In this document: positions 43,151 to 55,089 of the stretch, in pieces
How the letters are laid out: every line of letters starts with the position of its first letter
How positions within the stretch are numbered: the stretch's first letter is position 1
DNA from: Verrucomicrobiia bacterium
GTDB taxonomy: Bacteria > Verrucomicrobiota > Verrucomicrobiia > Palsa-1439
DNA length: 64,000 nt
Assembly (NCBI GenBank): GCA_049510215.1
Contig: JBEKZD010000011.1
Location: 28,151-92,150, forward strand
Direction: 5' to 3'
Made by a program: the position numbers and the translations under genes
Notes under the pieces: model-generated
What the model was told of the DNA's origin: nothing
Database searches by the model: none
What the model saw: the letters and a program-made list of their open reading frames with translations, nothing else

Positions 43151-43480
43151 TATCGCCTCTTTCTCTTTGGCTTCGCAGCCGCCACGAGCGGCGCGGTGAG
43201 TTTTTCGTAGAGGGCGAAGAGGTATTCGACGCGCTGGCGGTCGCTGGGGAACGGGTCGGGCCGGTAACAGCGATCCACGGCGTGGTCGAGTTCCTGATGC
43301 GCCTTGAGCAGCGGAGCCGGCATCATCAACGGGTCGTACAGATCGGCCAGCCCCGAAAGCTTTCGGGGCCAGCGTCGAGGTCGGGAACTTCGCCCGCGCG
43401 TCCAACACCGCCTGCGCCGCCGCTTCGACCGCCGTCCGCTGCTTGTCCGTCAACTGCGGCACGATAACCAACTTACTCAA
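43151..43480 (-). pseudogene. 3' remnant of MmeI-family type IIG restriction-modification gene (frameshifted)
   Basis: encodes ...QLTDKQRTAVEAAAQAVLDARAKFPTSTLA then, after a frame break at the palindromic element, DLYDPLMMPAPLLKAHQELDHAVDRCYRPDPFPSDRQRVEYLFALYEKLTAPLVAAAKPKRKRR*. Confidence 0.6.
43345..43372. repeat. small palindromic element family C, inside the MmeI-like remnant at its frame break
   Basis: ggccagccccgaaagctttcggggccag; compare 33185-33210. Confidence 0.6.
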
Positions 43481-44402
43481 GCCGCTTCCGCGCAGGGTGA
43501 ACCGTGTAAAGGGCTTGGTCTTCCGCGACCAGACACGCCTTCTCGGTGATGGTGGCCTTTTCGAACATGAGCCGGGCGGGGGTGAACGGGTCAGAGTTCT
43601 CGGCTTTCAAATACCGGGCGGCCATTCGGCAATACTCAGGCTCGATCTCGACGCCGATGCTGTTGCGGCCCGTTTTCAGGGCGGCGACCAGTGTTGTGCC
43701 GGTTCCGCAGAACGGATCGAGGACGGTGTCACCGGCAAAGGAGAACATCTTCACGAGTCGCAGCGCCAATTGCATTGGGAAGGGTGCGGGATGGTGTTTT
43801 GTCGAGGCACCGGTGATGTTCCAGATTTGCTGAAACCATTCGCTGAAGTCCTTCTTGTTGATGCGGCTTTCGTCGCGCTGGCCGTTGGTCGGTTGCCGGT
43901 AACCGCCGGGCTTGCGCTGCATGAGGATGAACTCCATGTCGTTCTTGATGATCGCATTTGGCTCGTACGGTTTGCCAAGGAACTTCGAGCCGTTGGAGAC
44001 TTCATACGAGGCGTTGGAGATTTTGTGCCAGATGATCGGATTGAGATTGTCGAACCCAATCCGGCGGCAAAGGACGGCGATGTCCGCATGGAGCGGGAAC
44101 ACTAAATGCCGGCCGAATCGTTTGCGCGAGACGCACACGTCGCCGACAACGCAGACGAGCCGTGCGCCCGGCACGAGGACGCGCAGGACATGCCGCCAGA
44201 CCTTGTCCAACTCGCCGAGAAACGTCTCGTAGTCCTGGATATGGCCAAGTTGATCGGGATTCTCCTGATAGCGTTTCAGATTCCAATAAGGCGGCGAGGT
44301 CACCACGAGATGCACCGACTCGTCCGGTAGGAACGAGAGGTCGCGGGCGTCTCCGTGCACCAAGCGATGCATTGTCTGAGCCTTGGATGTCTCGTACTTC
44401 AT
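43473..44402 (-). CDS. DNA methyltransferase (beta-class N6A/N4C, motif IV SPPY before motif I DPFCGTGTT)
   Basis: HLVVTSPPYWNL ... DTVLDPFCGTGTTLVAA; 4-nt overlap with upstream REase gene. Confidence 0.8.
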   Translation of the reverse strand: MKYETSKAQTMHRLVHGDARDLSFLPDESVHLVVTSPPYWNLKRYQENPDQLGHIQDYETFLGELDKVWRHVLRVLVPGARLVCVVGDVCVSRKRFGRHLVFPLHADIAVLCRRIGFDNLNPIIWHKISNASYEVSNGSKFLGKPYEPNAIIKNDMEFILMQRKPGGYRQPTNGQRDESRINKKDFSEWFQQIWNITGASTKHHPAPFPMQLALRLVKMFSFAGDTVLDPFCGTGTTLVAALKTGRNSIGVEIEPEYCRMAARYLKAENSDPFTPARLMFEKATITEKACLVAEDQALYTVHPARKRLE

Positions 44403-45151
44403 AGCTCTTTGATTCGACCGGAGAATGCTGCCACATGTGCGACCAAAGAATTGGCAAACATCTGAAACGTGAGATCGGCTGCGGGTTCGGAGTATTCACC
44501 ATTGGCTCCCTTTTCAGCGTTCGACATCATGAATGACGCGGCATCGTAGTGGCGCTCTAAAACGAGACGGCGACAGAATAATTCATATCGCTTCGCGTAG
44601 GACGAATTCCGAAACTCAGGGAACACTTTGAAATGTGGTTCTTTGACGCCGACCGGGCGGTTTGACGGGGCACAGTCCTCAAGAAGGAACATGTAGCCGA
44701 TCCATGGCCGAACCCGCGATCCGAATGCTTTCTCGCGGAAAGCCGTCCACAGATCTAAAGCGCTACCCATCGCTTCTTCCGTGCGATTGTTAAAATTGTT
44801 TCCAAATGATGGGCCAACTTGGGATTTAGCTTCGAGCGCCGCTACCAACTGGCCTTTGACGACGACAATAAAGTCCCATTTCTTATTCGGTCGGAAGTAA
44901 CCCGGCAATTCGAGCGAGTCCTGATAATAGATGTGCGACCGGTCAATCCCCGCTTCAGTGACAAGCTTCGTCAGTAATTCGATGAAGCCGTCCATCTGCG
45001 CACCACCTGTTACTGCTGAGCGCAGACCTTGATCCGAGCCGCCAGCTTCGCGTTGTTTCTGCAACTGCTTGGAACGGGTTTGCCAATAAAACTTAACTGC
45101 ATCTGGAACATACTTCCGCAGTTCGGCGAGAGTTGAAGGATTTTTAGGCAT
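44399..45151 (-). CDS. putative type II restriction endonuclease (PD-(D/E)xK-like)
   Basis: 250 aa cotranscribed with the MTase; WDFIVVVKGQLVAALEAKSQ resembles PD...ExK core; otherwise no family match. Confidence 0.5.
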   Translation of the reverse strand: MPKNPSTLAELRKYVPDAVKFYWQTRSKQLQKQREAGGSDQGLRSAVTGGAQMDGFIELLTKLVTEAGIDRSHIYYQDSLELPGYFRPNKKWDFIVVVKGQLVAALEAKSQVGPSFGNNFNNRTEEAMGSALDLWTAFREKAFGSRVRPWIGYMFLLEDCAPSNRPVGVKEPHFKVFPEFRNSSYAKRYELFCRRLVLERHYDAASFMMSNAEKGANGEYSEPAADLTFQMFANSLVAHVAAFSGRIKEL

Positions 45152-45163
45152 TGTGTCGACGCC

Positions 45164-45421
45164 TCATACCAGCGGAGTGTAGCTGTGAGGAGATGCTTCG
45201 ACAAGCTCAGCATGACAGAATGGCGGGTCTATGAAACCCCAATCGCCGGAGAGCTTCTTGACCGGCTCCTCAAACGTAGCGACGGTGCGGCGACGGACGC
45301 CGAAGACGTTGAAGAAGTCGTTCCAGTAGGATTGGCGCTCGGCGGCTTCGCGGGTTTCGCCTTTCCATTCTTTGCTAAAGGTGATGGCGCGATGGCGAAT
45401 CTCGTTCCACGAGAGTGGCAT
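45164..45421 (-). pseudogene. 5' remnant of MmeI-family type IIG gene (N-terminal about 75 aa)
   Basis: MPLSWNEIRHRAITFSKEWKGETREAAERQSYWNDFFNVFGVRRRTVATFEEPVKKLSG matches MmeI-family N-terminus, then degenerates to a stop. Confidence 0.55.
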
Positions 45422-45600
45422 GCTGCGCAGTGTAGCGAAGCAGAGACTCTGCGACAATCCTTCGTTTCACTCAGGACGGCGGCTGACTGGGGGGACAAGG
45501 GGCAGCGGACGCGACGAAGCGCGTCCCTCCAGTTCGGACACGCGCGGGAGCCGAGCAATTGTGTTGACCGGGTCGGGAAAGTTCTCCATCAGTTAACGCC

Positions 45601-46956
45601 GTGACGACCGAGAATTCAGTGAAGATGCCGCATGGGGTGGGGAACGCGTTTGCGTTTCAGGTGTTCAACACGATGTCGTTTACCATCGTGTTGAGCACGC
45701 CGATGCTCCTGTATTTCAAACGTCTGGACGCTTCGGCGACCGTTCTGGGAATCGTCGTCGCGCTGCCGAACCTGCTGAACATTCTGCAGATTCCCGCCGC
45801 CCAGTTTGTGGAGAAGATGGGGTACCGCGCGTTTGTGCTGCGCGGGTGGCTGGTGCGCGCTCTGTTCATCCTGGCGATGGCGGTGGTGCCGCTGTTGCCG
45901 GCAAAAATCGACGCCACCACCCGGATCGCGCTGATGCTGTTTCTCCTGTTTGGCTACAACGCGTCGCGCGGGATTTCGTTGTGCGGGTTCCTGCCGTGGG
46001 TCACGCACTGGATTCCGGAGCCGGTGCGCGGTCGTTACGTTTCGCGCGACCAGATGTGGAGCGCAGTGGCGACGCTGGTGACGATGATTCTGGCGGCGGT
46101 GTATCTGACTAAGCCGGAAGCACGACTTTCATATGCGTTCCTTTTTTTGGGGAGTCTTGTGACCGCGCTGGTCAGTCTTCTTTTTTTGCGCCGGATCCCC
46201 GACGTGCCCGTGCCGCCATACGCGGCGAGTCGGGAGAAAGTGCCGTACAAACAGATGCTGTTGCATCCGCCGTTCCTGAAGATCCTGATTTACGATGCAG
46301 TGTTGTTGACGGCACTGGCAGGCAGCAGCGTGTTTTGGATTCCGTTCTTGCGCGACACGTTCGGGGCCAGTGATGCCTTCATCCTCTGGATGATGGTGGC
46401 GTGGAGCGTTGTGATGACGGTGTCCCTTTGGGGGTTCGGCCATCTCATCGACCGCGTGGGCAGCCGCCCGCTGCTGGGACTGGGCACCGTCAGCTTCATC
46501 ATTCATTTCAGCTTGTGGGGCGCGCTCGCGGCCCGAGTGCTGCCGTTCAATTGGGTGACGCTGGGCGCGATCCAACTCACGTCCGGGATCGGCAACTCGC
46601 TCTACAACCTTGCGAACACGCGATTGGTCATGGCGACTGTGCCGCCGATGGGGCGCAGCCATTTCTTCGCGCTGTTTACCGTCGTGACGAGCCTGGTGCT
46701 CGGTGTCTTGCCGGTCTTCTGGGGAATCCTGCTCGATTCGCTGGCAGGGTGGGGGACCACTTGGAGCGCATGGCAGTGGAACCAGTACAGCCTGCTGTAC
46801 TGCGCGCTGATGCTCATCGTCATTGTCGCGTTGGTCTTGCGTAAACGGTTGAGCGAGCCGCGGGCAATGACCACGGACGCCTTCCTGCGCGAGTTGCTCG
46901 TTGAGACGCCTGGCCGCGCCCTCAGCCGTCTGCTGGCGCGCCGGCCTTTCTCCTGA
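45601..46956 (+). CDS. MFS transporter
   Basis: 451 aa, 12 predicted TM helices, MFS-type loops. Confidence 0.75.
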   Translation: MTTENSVKMPHGVGNAFAFQVFNTMSFTIVLSTPMLLYFKRLDASATVLGIVVALPNLLNILQIPAAQFVEKMGYRAFVLRGWLVRALFILAMAVVPLLPAKIDATTRIALMLFLLFGYNASRGISLCGFLPWVTHWIPEPVRGRYVSRDQMWSAVATLVTMILAAVYLTKPEARLSYAFLFLGSLVTALVSLLFLRRIPDVPVPPYAASREKVPYKQMLLHPPFLKILIYDAVLLTALAGSSVFWIPFLRDTFGASDAFILWMMVAWSVVMTVSLWGFGHLIDRVGSRPLLGLGTVSFIIHFSLWGALAARVLPFNWVTLGAIQLTSGIGNSLYNLANTRLVMATVPPMGRSHFFALFTVVTSLVLGVLPVFWGILLDSLAGWGTTWSAWQWNQYSLLYCALMLIVIVALVLRKRLSEPRAMTTDAFLRELLVETPGRALSRLLARRPFS

Positions 46957-46997
46957 GCTTGCCCGCGCCACTTGAATCCGTGTAAGCTCGTCGTGAC

Positions 46998-47684
46998 ATG
47001 ATCGCACTTGTTGACTATGGAATGGGCAACCTGCGCAGCGTCGAGAAAGCGCTGACGCGGGTCGGGGGAGATGTGCGCATCGTGAGCGACCGCGGATCGG
47101 TGCTCACGGCGGACGCGCTCGTGTTGCCGGGCGTCGGCGCGTTCGGCGACTGCATGACGAATTTGGAGCGGTTGGACCTTGTCGAACCCATCCGCGAGTT
47201 CATCGCAATCAAGCGACCGTTTCTCGGCATCTGCCTCGGGTTTCAGGCGTTATTCGAGTCCAGTGAAGAAGCGCCCGGCGTGAACGGTTTGGCGATCTTT
47301 GCAGGCACTGTCCCACGGTTTGATTTTAATGGTGCTGCCACACAGGCAGGGATGACTGTGCCACCAAATGCCAGTGGACTGAAGGTGCCGCACATGGGGT
47401 GGAACCAACTCCGCATCCGCAAGGCCGACTGCCCGGTGTTGGCGGGCATTGCCGACGGCAGCTACGTGTACTTCGTGCACAGCTACTATTGCGCGCCGAC
47501 CAACAAGTCGCTCATGTGCGCGACGACGACGTACGGCATCGAGTTTTGCTCGATGTTGTGGAGTGGGAGTGTGTTTGCGACGCAGTTCCACCCGGAGAAG
47601 TCGCAGGCCGTGGGACTGAAGATGCTGGAGAATTTTGTGAGATTGGCGGAGAAGTCAGGAGACAGAAGACAGGAGACAGAATGA
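46998..47684 (+). CDS. hisH: imidazole glycerol phosphate synthase glutamine amidotransferase subunit
   Basis: MIALVDYGMGNLRSVEKAL...LPGVGAFGD...GICLGFQ...HMGWN...FVHSYY. Confidence 0.9.
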   Translation: MIALVDYGMGNLRSVEKALTRVGGDVRIVSDRGSVLTADALVLPGVGAFGDCMTNLERLDLVEPIREFIAIKRPFLGICLGFQALFESSEEAPGVNGLAIFAGTVPRFDFNGAATQAGMTVPPNASGLKVPHMGWNQLRIRKADCPVLAGIADGSYVYFVHSYYCAPTNKSLMCATTTYGIEFCSMLWSGSVFATQFHPEKSQAVGLKMLENFVRLAEKSGDRRQETE

Positions 47685-48049
47685 GGCGCGAGCCGGCCAA
47701 GACATTCCGAGACTTGATCGTCTGGCAAAAAGCGCATCAACTGGTTCTGGCGCTCTACCGGTTCACGAACGACTTCCCGAAGTCTGAGACTTACGGTTTG
47801 ACAAGCCAGTTGCGCCGTGCGGCCGTCTCCGTGCCGGCGAACATCGCGGAAGGCTTCAAGAAAATGGGTCGCCCCGACAAGGCGCGATTTATGAACACAG
47901 CACAAGGCTCCCTTGAGGAATGCCGTTACTATCTGATCCTCGCCGCGGACTTGGGATACGGTGGAACAGACGAACTGTACAACCAACTCGATGAAGTCGG
48001 CCGATTGCTCGACGCTTACGCCTCAGCTATTCTGTCTCCTGTCTCCTGA
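47681..48049 (+). CDS. four-helix-bundle protein (TIGR02436-like, 23S rRNA intervening-sequence protein family)
   Basis: FRDLIVWQKAHQLVLALYRFTNDFPKSETYGLTSQLRRAAVSVPANIAEGF; ATGA overlap with hisH stop; sits between hisH and hisA. Confidence 0.75.
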   Translation: MRREPAKTFRDLIVWQKAHQLVLALYRFTNDFPKSETYGLTSQLRRAAVSVPANIAEGFKKMGRPDKARFMNTAQGSLEECRYYLILAADLGYGGTDELYNQLDEVGRLLDAYASAILSPVS

Positions 48050-48066
48050 CTTCTGACTCCTATGCT

Positions 48067-48786
48067 ATGATTATTTATCCTGCGATTGATCTGAAAGGCG
48101 GCAAGGTGGTGCGCTTGCAGCAGGGACGCGCCGATGCCGAGACCGTTTACAGCGATGATCCTGCCGCCGTGGCGAAGCGTTGGGAGGACGAAGGCGCGCG
48201 CTACCTGCACGTCGTCGATCTCGACGGAGCGTTTGACGGCGAGCCGCGGAACTGGGACGCCGTGAAAAAAATCCTCAAAGCCGTGCAGATCCCAATCCAA
48301 CTCGGCGGCGGTCTTCGCCGACGGTCGCAGGTCGAGGAAGCGTTGCAGATGGGTGTGACCCGCGTGGTGATTGGCACAAAGGCGTGCGAGTCGGCGGAGT
48401 TCGTTCAGGCACTGGTCCAGGATTTTGCCCGGCGCATCGTCGTCGGGATCGACGCGCGCGCCGGCTTCGTAGCGGTGAAGGGTTGGACGGAGCGCACCGA
48501 GTTGTCGGCGGTGGATTTCGCGCAGCAGATCGATCGGCTCGGCGTGGCGAATATCATCTTCACCGACGTCTCGACCGACGGCATGCTGGCGGGGCCGAAT
48601 TACTTTGCGATTGCCGCGCTGTGCGCCGCCGTGCGCTGTAGCGTCATCGCCTCCGGCGGTGTCGGCAGCTTGAACGACGTGCGCCGTCTCCAACGCGTCG
48701 CCGAAGAGTACCCCAACCTCGTCGGCATCATCATCGGCAAAGCATTGTACGACGGTCGGATTGATTTGAAGCAGTTGGGAGAGTGA
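48067..48786 (+). CDS. hisA: ProFAR isomerase
   Basis: MIIYPAIDLKGGKVVRLQQG...VVDLDGAF...; 239 aa. Confidence 0.9.
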   Translation: MIIYPAIDLKGGKVVRLQQGRADAETVYSDDPAAVAKRWEDEGARYLHVVDLDGAFDGEPRNWDAVKKILKAVQIPIQLGGGLRRRSQVEEALQMGVTRVVIGTKACESAEFVQALVQDFARRIVVGIDARAGFVAVKGWTERTELSAVDFAQQIDRLGVANIIFTDVSTDGMLAGPNYFAIAALCAAVRCSVIASGGVGSLNDVRRLQRVAEEYPNLVGIIIGKALYDGRIDLKQLGE

Positions 48787-49097
48787 CTGCCTGGCATTCG
48801 TTCCTTGCAGGTTGGCGACAAATGCCTTTTCTGGATGGAATATTGAACCTCACCCGCAATGGTTGATTTTCAGTTGCTGCATCGGGTAGGGTGGGCGCAT
48901 GCAAACGACAGCGATCCTGGTGTGGGCGTGCGGCGTGTTGGTGGCGGTGGGCGGAGTGATTGGGTGCGCGAAGGTCGGCAGCAAGTTGCTGAGCCTGGCA
49001 ACGCTGGTGATCTTCCTCAGCCAGTTGATGTCAGGCGCGGCGGACTGGAACTGACTTCTTGACTTCGACAGGCGAGACGCCTGTCCTACGCGCAATC

Positions 49098-51001
<1,904 letters not shown>

Positions 51002-51101
51002 CCGGAACCGGTGTTGCGTCGTCGCTTCGCCGATCGGATTATGACTGCGCGATGTCCGGGTATCCCGAGGCGCAAATCCGTCCGAGCGGTAGTGTCCTAA
51101 T

Positions 51102-52895
51102 TTGGGACGCCACCTCGGTTTCGCATTTCTTGACACGGGTGAGAGGGTCTCTTATCCTTGTGGCGTGAGCTTGACCGTTGCCTCGGAACAAACGCCGTGG
51201 AATCTGCGCCAGTTGCTCGCCCGGTCGGGGGTTATCGCAGAAGACCAAGCCGCCGAATTACTCAAGACCCCGCGCAAGCCGGGCGAATCGCTGGTGAGCA
51301 TCTTGGTGAAATCGGGCGCGGTTTCCGAAGAAAACCTGCTCCATGCATTGGCCGGGTCACTTCACCTTAGTTTCACGCGGCTTACTGACAAGGAGGTTGA
51401 AGCGGGTGCGCGCGCGAAAGTTCCCACCAAGGTCGTTTTCCAGTACAGCGTCATGCCCATGCGGGCCGACAACGGCACACTGCTCGTCGCCACGAATGAC
51501 CCATTTAATCTGGCGATGATCGAGTCGATCCGTCTCGTCACCAAGTGCCGCGTGCAACTCGCGCTCTGCACGGAAGCCGACATCCTCAAGGCGTTGAAGC
51601 GTTACTACGGCGTCGGCGCGGAAACGCTGGACGAGTTGCTCCAAAAGAACGTGCTCGATCTTGACGCGCCGGAACAGATCACCAAGGAGGATTTGGAGAG
51701 CGGAGATCAGGAAGCCAGCGTCGTCAAATTCGTCAACCAGATCATTTGGGAAGCCTTCAAGGAGCGATCGACGGACATCCACTTCGAGCCGATGGAAAAC
51801 GATTTGCGGATTCGCTATCGCGTGGACGGCGTTCTGCATCAGACGCCCGTGCCGCCCCAGCTCAAGCGATTTCAGGCGGCGATCATCTCGCGCATCAAGG
51901 TCATGTCGAACATGGACATTGCGGAGCGGCGGCTTCCGCAAGACGGCCGCATCAACGTCCGCAGCGGCGGCGAGGAGATCGACGTGCGCGTGTCCACGAT
52001 CCCAACGGCGTACGGTGAGAGCGTCAGCTTGCGGCTGCTCACGCGCAGCAGCATTTTCCTCGGACTGGAAAGTCTCGGGTTGATGCCGGACGACGAAAAG
52101 ATCGTTCGCAAGCTCGTGGATCTGCCGCACGGGATCATTCTGGTCACCGGACCGACCGGCTCGGGCAAATCCACGTCTCTGTATGCCTTCCTGAGCACCA
52201 TCAATTCGATTGACCAGCGCATCATCACGATTGAAGACCCGATTGAGTATGAATTACCCGGCGTCAATCAGATGCACGTGAAACCGGACATTGGCCTGAC
52301 GTTTGCGAGCGGGCTGCGGCACATTTTGCGCCAGGATCCGGACGTGATCATGGTGGGCGAGGTCCGAGATCGGGACACGGCCGATATCGCCATTCGCGCG
52401 GCGCTGACGGGCCACCTGGTCTTTTCCACTCTGCACACCAATGATGCGGCCGGGGCCATCACGCGTTTGATCGACATGGGGATCGAGCCGTTCCTGGTGA
52501 GTTCATCGGTGGAAGCGCTCATCGCGCAACGTTTGGTGCGGACGATCTGCAAGTCCTGCAAGGAGCAGTACCAGCCGGAGGTTGAGTTCCTGCGCGAGGT
52601 CAACTTTCCCGGACTGGATCAACACCCCAAGTTTTACCGCGGCCGCGGCTGTGAGGAATGCCGATTCACCGGCTACAAGGGGCGGACGGGCATTTATGAG
52701 ATTCTGATCATGGCGGAGAATCTGCGTCCGCTCATCATCGAGCGCACGTCTTCCACCACGCTCAAGCAAGCGGCCTGCGCCAATGGGATGAAGACATTGC
52801 GCGACGACGGTTGGGCCAAGGTTCGCGCGGGGATGACCACGGTCGAGGAAGTGGCGCGGGTAACGCAGGAAGACGAGGCGCTCGTTGGGACGTGA
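51102..52895 (+). CDS. gspE: GspE/PilB-family secretion ATPase with N-terminal T2SSE_N domain
   Basis: Walker A ILVTGPTGSGKSTS; Asp/His boxes; tetracysteine CKSC...CEEC; start may be GTG 51165. Confidence 0.85.
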   Translation: MGRHLGFAFLDTGERVSYPCGVSLTVASEQTPWNLRQLLARSGVIAEDQAAELLKTPRKPGESLVSILVKSGAVSEENLLHALAGSLHLSFTRLTDKEVEAGARAKVPTKVVFQYSVMPMRADNGTLLVATNDPFNLAMIESIRLVTKCRVQLALCTEADILKALKRYYGVGAETLDELLQKNVLDLDAPEQITKEDLESGDQEASVVKFVNQIIWEAFKERSTDIHFEPMENDLRIRYRVDGVLHQTPVPPQLKRFQAAIISRIKVMSNMDIAERRLPQDGRINVRSGGEEIDVRVSTIPTAYGESVSLRLLTRSSIFLGLESLGLMPDDEKIVRKLVDLPHGIILVTGPTGSGKSTSLYAFLSTINSIDQRIITIEDPIEYELPGVNQMHVKPDIGLTFASGLRHILRQDPDVIMVGEVRDRDTADIAIRAALTGHLVFSTLHTNDAAGAITRLIDMGIEPFLVSSSVEALIAQRLVRTICKSCKEQYQPEVEFLREVNFPGLDQHPKFYRGRGCEECRFTGYKGRTGIYEILIMAENLRPLIIERTSSTTLKQAACANGMKTLRDDGWAKVRAGMTTVEEVARVTQEDEALVGT

Positions 52896-52927
52896 GCATT
52901 TGGGCGCGCAGCGTTGTCTAACAGCTA

Positions 52928-54139
52928 ATGCCGACCTTCCAATATAAGGCCAAGACCCAAAAGGGTGAGCTCATCACAGGCACACTTGCGGCAGGTGATC
53001 GCCGAACGGCACTGGCCGAACTCGGCCGCCTTGGCTACTACCCGTTGCTGGTGGACGCCGCGGAAGAGAAAACCCGCATGGGCGCATTCAGTTTTCGCAA
53101 TCGTGTTTCCACGCGCGATGTCTTGATGTTAACGCAACAACTCTCCAGCCTGTTACGTTCGGGCATGTCGCTGAGCCAGGCGCTGGAGGTGTTGGAGCGG
53201 CGCACGCGGAAGAAGACCTCCAGCACCCTTCTGGCGAGCCTTCGCAACGACATCGTCCAGGGCGAGACATTGTCGAGCGCGCTGGCCAGGCATCCCAAAG
53301 TGTTTCCAAAATTCTATGTCAACCTAGTCAAGGCGGGCGAAGCCAGCGGGACGCTCGACGAAGTGCTGGAGCGGTTAAAGCGGCATTACGAGCAGGCGGG
53401 CGAGGCGCGGGAGAAGGTGGTTGGTGCGTTGATTTATCCATTGATCGTCGTTTGCGCCGGCATCGGTACGATTATTTTCTTCATGACGTTTATGGTTCCG
53501 CGTTTTGCTCAGATGTTCAAGGAGATGCGAGCCACCATGCCTCTACCGACGCGCATGCTGATCGCCGCCAGCGGCGCGTTCACGTCCTATTGGTGGATCG
53601 GCGCGGCGCTCATCGTGGTTGCGGTGATCGCGTACCGGCAACGGGTGCGGACACCGGAGGGCCGTTTGGCGATTGACGAACTGAAACTGCGGCTGCCGTT
53701 GTTTGGCCGTATCATTACGGCGGGTGCGTTTTCTCAGTTTGCGCGCACACTGTCCACGCTGCTGGAGAACGGCGTCCCCGTGCTCAATGCCTTGCAGATT
53801 GTCGAGGACACGATGACCAACCGAGTCATTGCCAACGAACTCCGCGAAGCCCGCACACGCGTCACCGATGGCACAAGCATTTCGCAGCCATTGGCCAAGG
53901 GAAAAATCTTTCCGCCTCTGTTGCTGGACATGCTGGCGGTCGGCGAGGAAAGCGGCGAGGTGGTGACGGCGCTGAAAAACATCGCTGACATGTACGAGCA
54001 GGAATTGGCGCACACGTTGAAGGTGCTCACCTCGCTGCTTGAACCGGCCATTATCGTGTTCATGGCTTTCGTGGTGGGATCGGTTGTGCTCAGCATTCTA
54101 TTGGCCGTGTTTGACCTCACAAGTGGGATCGGGAAATAA
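52928..54139 (+). CDS. gspF: GspF/PilC inner-membrane platform protein (two T2SSF domains)
   Basis: 403 aa; tandem T2SSF domains and 3 TM segments. Confidence 0.85.
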   Translation: MPTFQYKAKTQKGELITGTLAAGDRRTALAELGRLGYYPLLVDAAEEKTRMGAFSFRNRVSTRDVLMLTQQLSSLLRSGMSLSQALEVLERRTRKKTSSTLLASLRNDIVQGETLSSALARHPKVFPKFYVNLVKAGEASGTLDEVLERLKRHYEQAGEAREKVVGALIYPLIVVCAGIGTIIFFMTFMVPRFAQMFKEMRATMPLPTRMLIAASGAFTSYWWIGAALIVVAVIAYRQRVRTPEGRLAIDELKLRLPLFGRIITAGAFSQFARTLSTLLENGVPVLNALQIVEDTMTNRVIANELREARTRVTDGTSISQPLAKGKIFPPLLLDMLAVGEESGEVVTALKNIADMYEQELAHTLKVLTSLLEPAIIVFMAFVVGSVVLSILLAVFDLTSGIGK

Positions 54140-54155
54140 AAATGAGGAGATGTTT

Positions 54156-54590
54156 ATGACGAAACGCAAAATTCGCGCAGAGGCGGGGTTCACGCTGTTG
54201 GAGATCCTGCTGGTCGTGGTCATCATCGGCATGCTGGTCAGCATCGCCGCTGTCAATATCGGCGGCCAGTCACAAAAGGCGAAATTGGTGGCCACTCAGC
54301 GGCAGATCGACGCCTACAAGACGACGCTCGGTGTTTATGAGCTTGAGAATGGGTTTTATCCCTCCACCGAACAGGGCTTGCAGGCATTGATCACGCAGCC
54401 GACGGCGCCACCTGTGCCGGCGAAATGGACAGGTCCTTATCTCGACCCACCTGTCGTGCGACAAGACCCGTGGGGGCACGATTACATTTACAAGAATCCG
54501 GGCACGCACAATCCTACCGGGTACGACCTGTATTCATTGGGTCCAACAGGTGTTGACGGTGATCCAGGCAACATTGGCAACTGGCAGTAA
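54156..54590 (+). CDS. gspG: major pseudopilin GspG
   Basis: MTKRKIRAEAGFTLLEILLVVVIIGMLVS; GAGGAG RBS; conserved GspG C-terminus WGHDYIY...YDLYSLGPTG. Confidence 0.85.
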   Translation: MTKRKIRAEAGFTLLEILLVVVIIGMLVSIAAVNIGGQSQKAKLVATQRQIDAYKTTLGVYELENGFYPSTEQGLQALITQPTAPPVPAKWTGPYLDPPVVRQDPWGHDYIYKNPGTHNPTGYDLYSLGPTGVDGDPGNIGNWQ

Positions 54591-55089
54591 AGGGCGGGCG
54601 CGATGCGCCGCCTTTACTCTCATCGAGTTAAGTTTTGTGGTGTTTATCCTCGCAATGCTGATGGCTGTCTCCGTTCCAAACTTTGTCCGTTCCTATAATG
54701 CGGCAGTCCTCAATGAAACGGCGCGTTCCTTCGCCACGCTGTGTCAGTTTGCACGCATCCAGGCGGTGTCGCAGCAGCGAAATGCGACTCTGCACATCGA
54801 TTTGGAGCGCCAGATGTTCTGGGTCAGCCAGCCCGTGCGCAATGAAGACGGCGACCAGGGGAATCAGTCGTTGAAGGTCGTCGAACTCTCCAATCGCGTG
54901 GCGCTGATTGAGGCGGTGCGACAGGATCAACCGCCGACAGTTGAGAAACAAATCGAAGTCAACTTCTACCCCAACGGTACTTGTGATCCCGTGTACGTCG
55001 TTTTGCAGGGGACAGAAAGGGGCAAGGGGCTGTGCGCGATCATCGATCCGATCACGATTCAAGCAACGATTTACGCTGCGAAATTATGA
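54550..55089 (+). CDS. minor pseudopilin (GspH-like)
   Basis: RARCAAFTLIELSFVVFILAMLMAV; non-ATG start, exact start uncertain. Confidence 0.6.
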   Translation: MLTVIQATLATGSKGRARCAAFTLIELSFVVFILAMLMAVSVPNFVRSYNAAVLNETARSFATLCQFARIQAVSQQRNATLHIDLERQMFWVSQPVRNEDGDQGNQSLKVVELSNRVALIEAVRQDQPPTVEKQIEVNFYPNGTCDPVYVVLQGTERGKGLCAIIDPITIQATIYAAKL

